A stretch of 64,000 nt of DNA, from the NCBI GenBank assembly GCA_045578255.1, contig JAZNJW010000003.1, positions 8,282 through 72,281 on the forward strand, read 5' to 3'. The notes under the pieces are model-generated. The model did not search any database. It saw only the letters and a program-made list of their open reading frames with translations, and was not told the origin of the DNA. Source of the stretch: Paludibacteraceae bacterium. Lineage in GTDB: Bacteria > Bacteroidota > Bacteroidia > Bacteroidales > Paludibacteraceae. Below, piece after piece: positions 33,326 to 40,791 of this stretch; within the stretch, counting starts at the first letter, position 1, and each line of letters opens with the position of its first letter. The position numbers and the translations under genes are program-made.

Positions 33326-33379
33326 GGGAAAAGATTCACTCTTTTCCCTATGCTAATGCCTTAGGAAAAAGCCCTAAGG
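33326..33379 (-). terminator. Two consecutive hairpins downstream of rpmH
   Basis: CCTTAGG-N7-CCTAAGG (33359-33379) and GGGAAAAG-N7-CTTTTCCC (33326-33348). Confidence 0.55.
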
Positions 33380-33394
33380 TAGTCTAATCGTTGA

Positions 33395-33553
33395 TTAGCG
33401 TTTGTGACGACCTTCGTCAGCTACGGTCAATTTCTTACGACCATGTGCGCGGCGAGCAGCCAATACGCGACGACCATTTGCAGTAGCCATACGAGCACGG
33501 AAACCATGTTTGTTACGGCGACGACGTTGGCTTGGTTGGAATGTACGTTTCAT
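33395..33553 (-). CDS. rpmH: 50S ribosomal protein L34 (52 aa, below the ORF-track cutoff)
   Basis: My translation of the minus strand gives [52 protein letters not shown], the canonical L34 sequence. Confidence 0.95.
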   Translation of the reverse strand: MKRTFQPSQRRRRNKHGFRARMATANGRRVLAARRAHGRKKLTVADEGRHKR

Positions 33554-33618
33554 TGTTTTATCTTATTTTATGCCCCATCTCGTGGGCGTGGTTAATAAAT
33601 TTCGTGCGAAAAATCGTG

Positions 33619-33626
33619 CAAAGGTA
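33619..33626 (-). promoter_or_regulatory. -7 box (TACCTTTG on minus strand) for rpmH
   Basis: CAAAGGTA on the plus strand, followed by a T8 tract. Confidence 0.6.
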
Positions 33627-33720
33627 CTGCTTTTTTTTGAACTGACCAAATTTTTTTGTTCTATTTTACGAAAAAAAACAATACTTTGGCTTTTTTCTTG
33701 CGTATGTGCATTTTTTGTTG

Positions 33721-33728
33721 TACCTTTG
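33721..33728 (+). promoter_or_regulatory. -7 box TACCTTTG for the sigma-54 activator operon
   Basis: Exact TAnnTTTG match. Divergent from the rpmH promoter. Confidence 0.55.
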
Positions 33729-33797
33729 TCTGCCATTTTTGGCAGATGGTGTACCATTAAACTTTGAAACTTGAAACTTTGAAACATTTAATCAATC

Positions 33798-35030
33798 ATG
33801 GAACAAAAAGACTTACAAGCCATAAAACAGCGATTTAATATCATTGGAAATAATCCTTTGTTGAATCGTGGTATTGAAGTAGCAGTGCAAGTAGCTCTTA
33901 CAGATTTGAGTGTGCTTATCACAGGAGAGAGTGGTGTGGGAAAAGAGCATTTCCCACAGATTATTCATGCGTATTCGTCTCGTAAACATGGACCTTATTT
34001 TGCTATCAACTGTGGAGCTATTCCTGAAGGCACGATTGATGCAGAGCTTTTTGGACACACAAAAGGTGCGTTTACAGATGCTAAAAGCGAGCGCAAGGGA
34101 TACTTTGAGATAGCTAATGGGGGTACATTATTTATGGATGAAGTGGGTGAATTACCATTATCCACGCAGGCTCGCTTGTTACGTGTGCTTGAGACGGGCG
34201 AGTTTATCCGAATGGGTGATTCGAAGGTGATGAAGACCAATGTGCGTGTAGTAGCAGCCACTAATCTAAATGTCCCCAAAGCTATAGAAGAAGGGCGTTT
34301 TCGTGAGGATTTGTATTATCGTCTTAATACGATTGAAATCAAAGTACCTGCTTTGCGTGAGAGAAAAGAAGATATACCGCTACTTTTCCGCAAGTTCGTG
34401 GTGGATTTTGCTGACAAATATCGTATGCCAGCTATCCGCTTGACGGAGGATGCTACTGAAATGCTCAAATCCTATTATTGGCAAGGTAATGTACGCCAAC
34501 TTAAGAATGTGGCCCAACAGATTAGTATCATAGAGAATGCTCGTGAGATAACAGCACAGATCTTGCGTAAGTATTTACCAGAGAATGAAACGCAGAATGG
34601 ATTAGCCCTGTTGAACCCACATGCGCAAACAAGGCATGATACTTATATGACAGAACGCGAATTGCTCTACAAAGTGTTGTTTGATATGCGCCGCGACATG
34701 ACGGAGATGCGTCAACAACTGAATGGTTTACTTTCTTCTGCGGCTGCTCCTGCACGCAATAAAGATATAGTGGTAGCCAAACACGCGGAATACGAATCTG
34801 TAGAGGAAGTGCAAGAGGTGGCGCATCCTATACATACTTCTATAAGAAACGGCGAAGTGGAGGAAGCGGTGTTGGCGGAAGAATCACCTGTAGTTACGAT
34901 GGAGGATGTGGAACGCAAGATGATTCGTCGTGCATTGGAGCGCAATGGAGGAAGCCGGAAATTAACGGCTAATGAATTGCATATATCTGAGCGAACACTC
35001 TACCGAAAAATCAAAGAATACGGGCTTTAA
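33798..35030 (+). CDS. Sigma-54-dependent transcriptional activator (bEBP) with no N-terminal receiver or sensor domain
   Basis: The AAA+ core starts at about residue 20 (Walker A GESGVGKE). Sigma-54 contact loop reads GAFTDA and Walker B is TLFMDEVGEL. C-terminal Fis-type HTH LTANELHISERTLYRKIKEYGL. Confidence 0.9.
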   Translation: MEQKDLQAIKQRFNIIGNNPLLNRGIEVAVQVALTDLSVLITGESGVGKEHFPQIIHAYSSRKHGPYFAINCGAIPEGTIDAELFGHTKGAFTDAKSERKGYFEIANGGTLFMDEVGELPLSTQARLLRVLETGEFIRMGDSKVMKTNVRVVAATNLNVPKAIEEGRFREDLYYRLNTIEIKVPALRERKEDIPLLFRKFVVDFADKYRMPAIRLTEDATEMLKSYYWQGNVRQLKNVAQQISIIENAREITAQILRKYLPENETQNGLALLNPHAQTRHDTYMTERELLYKVLFDMRRDMTEMRQQLNGLLSSAAAPARNKDIVVAKHAEYESVEEVQEVAHPIHTSIRNGEVEEAVLAEESPVVTMEDVERKMIRRALERNGGSRKLTANELHISERTLYRKIKEYGL

Positions 35031-35076
35031 TCCATAGCTTTCATAATACTATACACCATATATAGACTAATACACT

Positions 35077-35610
35077 ATGCTACGCCACACTACAATGCAC
35101 TACACTATCTTATCTTGGGTGTTGACCTTTGGAATATTCTTCTTATTGAATGGTTGCTCTATATCCTATAAGTTTAATGGAGCAAGTATTGACTATGCTA
35201 CCACGAAGACTATTTCTGTGGCAGATTTTACGAATAATGCAGCTCTTGTATATGCACCTTTGGCGACCAATTTGACAGATGGTATAAAAGATTTGTACCA
35301 ACGCCAAACGCGTTTGGAGATTACTCGGCGTGGTGGAAACTTGGAATTGGAGGGTGAAATTACAGGTTATAACCTCACACCAATGGCGGTGTCGGCGGAT
35401 AGTTATGCAGCAGAAACCAAACTGACCATCACTGTGAAAGTGCGATTTACCAATAACGTGGCGCCTGAAGAGAGTTTTGAAAAAACATATTCTGCATACC
35501 AAACTTTTGATGCTTCGCAAATGCTTACAGATGTGCAAGATGAACTTTGTAGCACGATGATTACTGAGATTGCAGAGCAAATCTACAACGATACGGTAGC
35601 AAAATGGTAA
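35077..35610 (+). CDS. lptE: LptE-family LPS-assembly lipoprotein
   Basis: Lipobox LLNGCS followed by ISYKFNGASI. Length and the conserved Bacteroidota neighbourhood (bEBP-lptE-secG) both fit. Confidence 0.6.
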   Translation: MLRHTTMHYTILSWVLTFGIFFLLNGCSISYKFNGASIDYATTKTISVADFTNNAALVYAPLATNLTDGIKDLYQRQTRLEITRRGGNLELEGEITGYNLTPMAVSADSYAAETKLTITVKVRFTNNVAPEESFEKTYSAYQTFDASQMLTDVQDELCSTMITEIAEQIYNDTVAKW

Positions 35611-35638
35611 AAAATTTGGTGGTATCAAAAAAAAGTTG

Positions 35639-35646
35639 TACCTTTG
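35639..35646 (+). promoter_or_regulatory. -7 box TACCTTTG (with -33 TTTG at 35616-35619) for secG
   Basis: About 40 bp is nearly identical to the tRNA-tuf promoter module. Confidence 0.65.
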
Positions 35647-35697
35647 CAGGCTGAATGCATAACTTTGAAAATATTAAATCATTAAAACTATAATATT

Positions 35698-36036
35698 ATG
35701 TACATTTTATTAACTATTTTGATTGTAATTGCAGCAATTTTGCTTACTTTGTTGGTACTTGTTCAAAACAGCAAGGGTGGCGGTTTGGCTGCTGGTTTCT
35801 CGAGCGGAAACCAAGTGATGGGTGCTCCTAAGACTGCTGACTTCTTGGAGAAAGCAAGTTGGACTTTGGCTGGTATTATTTTGGCATTGAGTATTCTTGC
35901 TGTAGGTGTTAGCAAAGGTCAAGATACAGAGATTGAGCAAGGTAGTGCCATCACGGAGCAAGTGCAAGAGGCTTACGAAGCTGAGCAAGCTGCTCAAGCT
36001 GTTCCTGAGTTCGAAACAGAGGAAGTGGCTGAGTAA
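35698..36036 (+). CDS. secG: Preprotein translocase subunit SecG
   Basis: Two TM helices and the LLVLVQNSKGGGL signature. Confidence 0.88.
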   Translation: MYILLTILIVIAAILLTLLVLVQNSKGGGLAAGFSSGNQVMGAPKTADFLEKASWTLAGIILALSILAVGVSKGQDTEIEQGSAITEQVQEAYEAEQAAQAVPEFETEEVAE

Positions 36037-36073
36037 TTTCCTACGAACAGTTGGAATTAGTTCCACAAAACAA

Positions 36074-36106
36074 ATGAGAGGCAGACGTGCCTCTCATTTT
36101 TTTTTT
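36074..36106. terminator. Terminator between convergent secG and the trpB-like gene
   Basis: ATGAGAGGCA-GACG-TGCCTCTCAT followed by T10. Confidence 0.85.
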
Positions 36107-36120
36107 ATATCTATCGGTTA

Positions 36121-37425
36121 TTATTTCTTCAGTTCGCCTGCGAAATACCTATCATACGACGCCATATCGATTAGTCCATGACCTGATAGGTTGAATAGTA
36201 TCACTCGCTCTACGCCTTCCTCTTTTGCCTTAAGTGCCTCATCTATAGCCGCTTTGATGGCATGTGTAGATTCGGGTGCAGGGATAATTCCTTCGACTTG
36301 GCTAAAGAGTACACCTGCCTCAAAACTATCCAACTGATTGATATCCACCGCCTCTATCAGTCCATCTTGGCGCAATTGGCTGACGATAGCCCCCGCACCA
36401 TGATAGCGCAATCCACCTGCATGGATGGCTTCTGGCTCGAAGTCGTGCCCCAACGTAAACATTGGGATAAGCGGCGTAAAGCCTTCAGTATCACCAAAAT
36501 CGTATTCGAATCGTCCTTGCGTTAGCTTAGGACACGCCTCAGGTTCGGCAGCAATAAAGCGCGTTTTATATCCTTTGGTTAGGTTATCACGCATAAATGG
36601 AAAGGTTATTCCGCAGAAATTACTACCGCCACCAAAGCATCCAATCACCACATCAGGATAGTCGCCTGCTATCTCTATTTGCTTGCGGGCTTCCTCGCCG
36701 ATGATAGTCTGATGGAGGCATACGTGATTGAGCACCGAACCCAATCCATATCGCGTATCTGGCTGTTTACGAGCCACTTCCACCGCCTCTGAGATTGCCA
36801 TGCCCAAACTGCCTGGCGTATTGGGGAACTGTGCTCTCAGCGATCGCCCAGCTTCGGTGGTGAAGGATGGCGAAGGGATGATAGTTGCCCCATAGGTGCG
36901 CATCACGGACTTGCGGTATGGTTTCTGCTCGTAGCTGGAGTTCACCATAAATACGGTTAAGTCCAATCCAAAGTGTTTGCACGCGATAGACAACGCAGAG
37001 CCCCACTGCCCTGCTCCTGTCTCAGTGGTCATATGCTTGATTCCCTGCTGCTTATTGTAATATGCTTGAGGTATTGCAGAGTTCAGTTTGTACGAGCCAA
37101 CGGGGCTGACACTCTCGTTTTTGAAGTAGATTTTGGCAGGTGTATCCAGTGCTTTCTCCAGTCCACTGGCACGCACAAGAGGCGTTGGGCGGAAGATACG
37201 ATATAGTTCTTGCACTTCTTCGGGTATATCAATATACGGCTCTTGCGAGAACTCTTGCTCTACTAATGCCTCTGCAAATAGCGAACTCATCTCCTCTTTT
37301 TTCAGCGGTTCACGCGTAACGGGGTTGAGTAATGGAGCAGGTTTATTGGGCATATCTGCCACAATATTATACCATTGAGTAGGCATCTCATTCTCCTGCA
37401 ATACAATCTTCTTCGTAATCTTCAT
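36121..37425 (-). CDS. TrpB-like PLP-dependent enzyme (tryptophan synthase beta, TrpB2 type), stand-alone
   Basis: N-terminus PTQWYNIVADMPNKPAPLLNP is typical of TrpB2. PLP-fold motifs (GGGSNF, ESTHA). No other trp genes lie nearby. Confidence 0.8.
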   Translation of the reverse strand: MKITKKIVLQENEMPTQWYNIVADMPNKPAPLLNPVTREPLKKEEMSSLFAEALVEQEFSQEPYIDIPEEVQELYRIFRPTPLVRASGLEKALDTPAKIYFKNESVSPVGSYKLNSAIPQAYYNKQQGIKHMTTETGAGQWGSALSIACKHFGLDLTVFMVNSSYEQKPYRKSVMRTYGATIIPSPSFTTEAGRSLRAQFPNTPGSLGMAISEAVEVARKQPDTRYGLGSVLNHVCLHQTIIGEEARKQIEIAGDYPDVVIGCFGGGSNFCGITFPFMRDNLTKGYKTRFIAAEPEACPKLTQGRFEYDFGDTEGFTPLIPMFTLGHDFEPEAIHAGGLRYHGAGAIVSQLRQDGLIEAVDINQLDSFEAGVLFSQVEGIIPAPESTHAIKAAIDEALKAKEEGVERVILFNLSGHGLIDMASYDRYFAGELKK

Positions 37426-37446
37426 ACGTTCTAAATTTAATAGGGT

Positions 37447-38277
37447 TTACCAACGGCGACGAAATAATCCGCCAATCAAACAGATTAATATATAGAATGG
37501 ATATACTACCTCCAACAGCAACGCTGTACCGAAGCCAACCGACTTATCGCGTTTCTTAATCAAGTGATATTCAATCGGAAACTTCACAATCAAAGCCACA
37601 GGACATAACACCTGTATCACATTGGCTATCAATACGATTGCTCCGCAGCAGAGAATATCTTTGTCGGTGTATTTGGGTGCTTTACCAGCCCAACGCATGC
37701 GTTGATGGAAGAACGCAAGCCAAGTGGTTTGAGGGCGAACGAGGGCGGTCAATTCCTCGCTCTCACTCACCGCAATCTTCAGTCCCCGACGCTTGAAGGA
37801 CTCTAAGAGAAACATATCATCGCCACTCGGTATTTCGGGATGCAAGTCGGGATAGGACTCCAACCATCTATCGCGTTTGGCAATGAGGTTCGCCCCACTA
37901 CACAGCACAGCATGCCCACGTTTGGCTGTTTCTATGGTCAGTTGCTGAATGGCAGCATACTCTGCCATCTGCAACCGCTCCAGTAGCGACGGTTTCTCTC
38001 TCTCCGACTCCATCCGCAGTGGAAGGATGAGGAGATCGCTTTGCTGTAGATCGCTCGCGATGCTCACTGTAGATCGCTTTGCTGTAGATCGTTCGTGATG
38101 CTCACTGAAGACACTATTGCTGATGGGAGATGGGAGAATATCATCGTCCATCATCCAAATATACTCTGTTTGGGATTCAGAGATAAGGCGATAAAGGGCA
38201 TGTTTCTTGCCCTTCCCTTCGTCGTTGATTCCCCGTCGCGGGATGATGATTGATATGTTATTGCTATTAATATCCAA
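37447..38277 (-). CDS. Family-2 glycosyltransferase carrying an in-frame repeat insertion
   Basis: ISIIIP..., an acidic DDD motif, QRMRWAGK, and C-terminal TM helices. Confidence 0.7.
   Translation of the reverse strand: MDINSNNISIIIPRRGINDEGKGKKHALYRLISESQTEYIWMMDDDILPSPISNSVFSEHHERSTAKRSTVSIASDLQQSDLLILPLRMESEREKPSLLERLQMAEYAAIQQLTIETAKRGHAVLCSGANLIAKRDRWLESYPDLHPEIPSGDDMFLLESFKRRGLKIAVSESEELTALVRPQTTWLAFFHQRMRWAGKAPKYTDKDILCCGAIVLIANVIQVLCPVALIVKFPIEYHLIKKRDKSVGFGTALLLEVVYPFYILICLIGGLFRRRW
38034..38109. repeat. 38-bp unit x2 tandem repeat inside the GT2 CDS, followed by GATGGGA x2 at 38122-38135
   Basis: gatcgctttgctgtagatcgctcgcgatgctcactgta / gatcgctttgctgtagatcgttcgtgatgctcactgaa, with 3 mismatches. 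Encodes ..HHERSTAKRSTVSIASDLQQSD.. Confidence 0.9.
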
Positions 38278-38301
38278 AGTCGTCTAATCTATAGGAGATT
38301 G

Positions 38302-38309
38302 CAAAGGTA
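38302..38309 (-). promoter_or_regulatory. -7 box (minus strand) for the GT2 / trpB-like genes
   Basis: CAAAGGTA followed by a T-tract, about 25 nt upstream of the start at 38277. Confidence 0.55.
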
Positions 38310-38392
38310 GTACATTTTTTTGAGATATGCAACAATTATCCATAAATCTCGAATTTATTAAACTATTTCTTGCTCCATTCAAAATATTTCAT

Positions 38393-38400
38393 TATCTTTG
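38393..38400 (+). promoter_or_regulatory. -7 box TATCTTTG for the LRR protein gene
   Basis: Matches TAnnTTTG, 60 nt upstream of the ATG at 38460. Confidence 0.5.
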
Positions 38401-38459
38401 CAAACCATTAAGTTTAACAAACAAGAAATCAATTGAAATAACATAAAACCTAAGTAAAG

Positions 38460-39485
38460 ATGAAAAAGTTATCTTCTCTTTTCATGGCAATCCTCGCTGC
38501 TACATACCTTTGGGCGTATGATTTCGAAGCTGGTGGTTTGTTTTACAATGTTATTAGTGACACCATACCTTACACTGCTGAAGTGACCAATCATCCTGGT
38601 TTCCCTTACGAGATTGCATCGGCTACAATTCCAGAGAAGGTTAATTATTGTGACATTACCTATGTTATTAAAAGAATTGGAGCGGGAGCTTTTGAAGATT
38701 GTTACGCACTCACCTCTGTCACCATCCCCAATTCAATAACTAGCATAGAATCATTCGCTTTCAAGAATTGCCAATCGCTCAACTCTATCAATATCCCAAA
38801 GAGCGTGGTGTTTATTAAACCCACTGCATTTTCTAATTCTGGTATTTACAACGATGAGTCTAATTGGGAAGATAGTGTGCTTTACATTAGCGATTGTTTG
38901 ATTCAAGCGAAACGAGGGCTTACAGGTTCGTATATAGTTAAGGAAGGAACTCGATTGATCATTAATGAAGCATTTGCAGGATCTAATCTTACTGACATTA
39001 CGATTCCTAATACAGTAACTGATATTGGTGTAGGTGCTTTTCAATATTCAGCTCTTACTTCCATCATTATTCCTAATGGTGTAACGAAAATATGGGCAGG
39101 TGCTTTCCACCATTGTACTTCCCTCAAGTCAGTTACGCTTCCCAACAGCATTACGCAAATCCAGCGCGATGCTTTTAGGGATTGCACTGCTCTTACGACA
39201 GTCGTTTGCGAGGCGGTTCAAGTACCAGATTGTCAGCATAATATATTTGCCAACATACCATTTCTGGAGGCTACGTTATATGTACCTAAAGAATCTTTAG
39301 AGGAATATAAATCAGCCATTTATTGGAAAGACTTTGGCACTATCTTGCCAATAGCCCCAACAGGTACAGAAAACACACATTCTAAGAATAACAATAGTTC
39401 TTCATTTACCAAAGTAATCCTCAATGGTCAACTTCTCATCCTCCGTGATGGCAAGACATACACCGTGATGGGTGTGGAATGGTAG
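38460..39485 (+). CDS. BspA-type leucine-rich-repeat surface protein with probable T9SS C-terminal domain
   Basis: Signal peptide. Repeats IPNSITSIESFAFKNCQSL, IPNTVTDIGVGAF and LPNSITQIQRDAFRDCTAL. Tail KVILNGQLLILRDGKTYTVMG. Confidence 0.8.
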   Translation: MKKLSSLFMAILAATYLWAYDFEAGGLFYNVISDTIPYTAEVTNHPGFPYEIASATIPEKVNYCDITYVIKRIGAGAFEDCYALTSVTIPNSITSIESFAFKNCQSLNSINIPKSVVFIKPTAFSNSGIYNDESNWEDSVLYISDCLIQAKRGLTGSYIVKEGTRLIINEAFAGSNLTDITIPNTVTDIGVGAFQYSALTSIIIPNGVTKIWAGAFHHCTSLKSVTLPNSITQIQRDAFRDCTALTTVVCEAVQVPDCQHNIFANIPFLEATLYVPKESLEEYKSAIYWKDFGTILPIAPTGTENTHSKNNNSSSFTKVILNGQLLILRDGKTYTVMGVEW

Positions 39486-39520
39486 TCTTTTCGCGAGGTT
39501 CTATGACTGCTCCGAATAGT

Positions 39521-39564
39521 GCGGTTATTGTCCGGTTATTGTCCGGTTATTGTGCGGTTATTGT
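39521..39564. repeat. 11-bp tandem repeat (G/C)CGGTTATTGT x4 at the convergent LRR/aroA junction
   Basis: gcggttattgt ccggttattgt ccggttattgt gcggttattgt. The aroA stop and its last codons (..SHRTITAQ*) lie inside it. Confidence 0.9.
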
Positions 39565-40791
39565 GCGGTGCGAGCAGGGAGTTTGTGGAAATAGTTTATA
39601 GTATTCTTCCATAAATTGAGGATAGGATTTGCTGATGCAGGCGATGTCGTCCACTTCGTAGCCAGCAATCAACAATGCCATTGCCATGCGGTGGTCGTGG
39701 TCGGTGCGGTGTTCGCGTACAGCACGCAGGCGGTCGGATTCCTTCAGAGGCAAAGATTCTACGCCTGTGGCATGTAACTCTATGCCCAAACATTCACAGG
39801 TCAGAGCGACAGCAGGGTACAGGTCGGGGCAAGTTCCGAAATCCTGAATGAGGATTTTGGAACGGGACGCCGCTTGTGCGGCTATTGGACGCCCACCATG
39901 TGGGCTATTGGACGCTTCGCTATAGGCGATAGGCGAAAGGATGATGCCTTCGGCGGTGTAGGTAGTATGGACGCCGAGGTGGGCGAAGATGTCGGCAATG
40001 ATTTTGTCGCCTTGCAGCGAGTCGCGGAATAAGCCAGGGAGCGTAATCTCACCACCGTAAAGAGCCACATACTCGTACCAGAAGGCGGCAGAGGACCAGT
40101 CCTTTTCTAGTTCGTTCGCTATCCTCACTGTAGATCGCTGCGCTGTAGTTCGCTCGTTTTGCTCGCTGTAGTTCGCTCGTTTTACTCGCTGTAGATAGCT
40201 TTCTATTATCTCGCGGGTAAGAGTAATGTAAGGAGAAGTGCTATTGGTTTGGACGTTCGCGCCGATGAGGAGCAGGGCCGAAACGAACTGCGTAGATTGG
40301 GGATTGTTGAGAGTAACTATCCTATGCTTATCTAATATACATCCCTTAATGCGCAAAGGCGGGAAGCCCTCTTCGCCTAGATATTCTATATCAGCCCCTA
40401 TCTCATGCAAAGCATCTACTAACTGACCTATAGGACGGTGACGCATGCGTTCCACACCATTAAGAATAACTGTTTGTCCCTCTAGTTGAGCACAGTAGGC
40501 CGTGAGGAAGCGCATGGCGGTGCCACAATTGCCGAGTTCGATACTCGAACAGGACGCCGCTTGCGCGGCTATAGGACGCCCTGACGGGCTATAGGACGGC
40601 GTTTCGCCTATAGGACGCTCGCTCTGCGAGCTATTGGATGCATTGTTTAGTGTGGTTAAAGCGCGATGGAGAATCTGCACATCTTCGGGCAAAGTAGCGG
40701 AGACGGGCATAAGCTCGTCTCCGTGTATGGATTGCAAAATCAATAGGCGATTTGCAATGGATTTCGATATTGGCAGTTCAATCTGCATCAA
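39547..40791 (-). CDS. aroA: 3-phosphoshikimate 1-carboxyvinyltransferase (EPSP synthase) with three in-frame low-complexity insertions
   Basis: LPISKSIANRLLIL, GNCGTAMRFLTAYCA and DHRMAMALLIAG motifs. Confidence 0.9.
   Translation of the reverse strand: MMQIELPISKSIANRLLILQSIHGDELMPVSATLPEDVQILHRALTTLNNASNSSQSERPIGETPSYSPSGRPIAAQAASCSSIELGNCGTAMRFLTAYCAQLEGQTVILNGVERMRHRPIGQLVDALHEIGADIEYLGEEGFPPLRIKGCILDKHRIVTLNNPQSTQFVSALLLIGANVQTNSTSPYITLTREIIESYLQRVKRANYSEQNERTTAQRSTVRIANELEKDWSSAAFWYEYVALYGGEITLPGLFRDSLQGDKIIADIFAHLGVHTTYTAEGIILSPIAYSEASNSPHGGRPIAAQAASRSKILIQDFGTCPDLYPAVALTCECLGIELHATGVESLPLKESDRLRAVREHRTDHDHRMAMALLIAGYEVDDIACISKSYPQFMEEYYKLFPQTPCSHRTITAQ
39865..39940. repeat. In-frame repeat block in aroA (encodes ..SNSPHGGRPIAAQAASRS..)
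   Basis: ggacgccgcttgtgcggctattggacgcc, then gctattggacgc again, then ataggcg x2. Confidence 0.85.
40124..40199. repeat. In-frame repeat block in aroA (encodes ..NERTTAQRSTVRIANE..)
   Basis: The 16-nt core ctcactgtagatcgct is identical to the GT2 repeat. It is followed by the 23-bp unit gctgtagttcgctcgtttt(g/a)ctc x2. Confidence 0.85.
40552..40640. repeat. In-frame repeat block in aroA (encodes ..SERPIGETPSYSPSGRPIAAQAASCS..)
   Basis: ggacgccgcttgcgcggctataggacgcc has 27 of 29 nt identical to 39865-39893. It is followed by ctataggacg words x3. Confidence 0.85.

Noticed and set aside
39521-39564. Possible CRISPR array (also considered at 57915-57967, 38034-38109 and 29134-29165)
   Set aside because: The units are 8-38 bp and directly abutting, with no unique spacers. 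No cas genes are present in the window.
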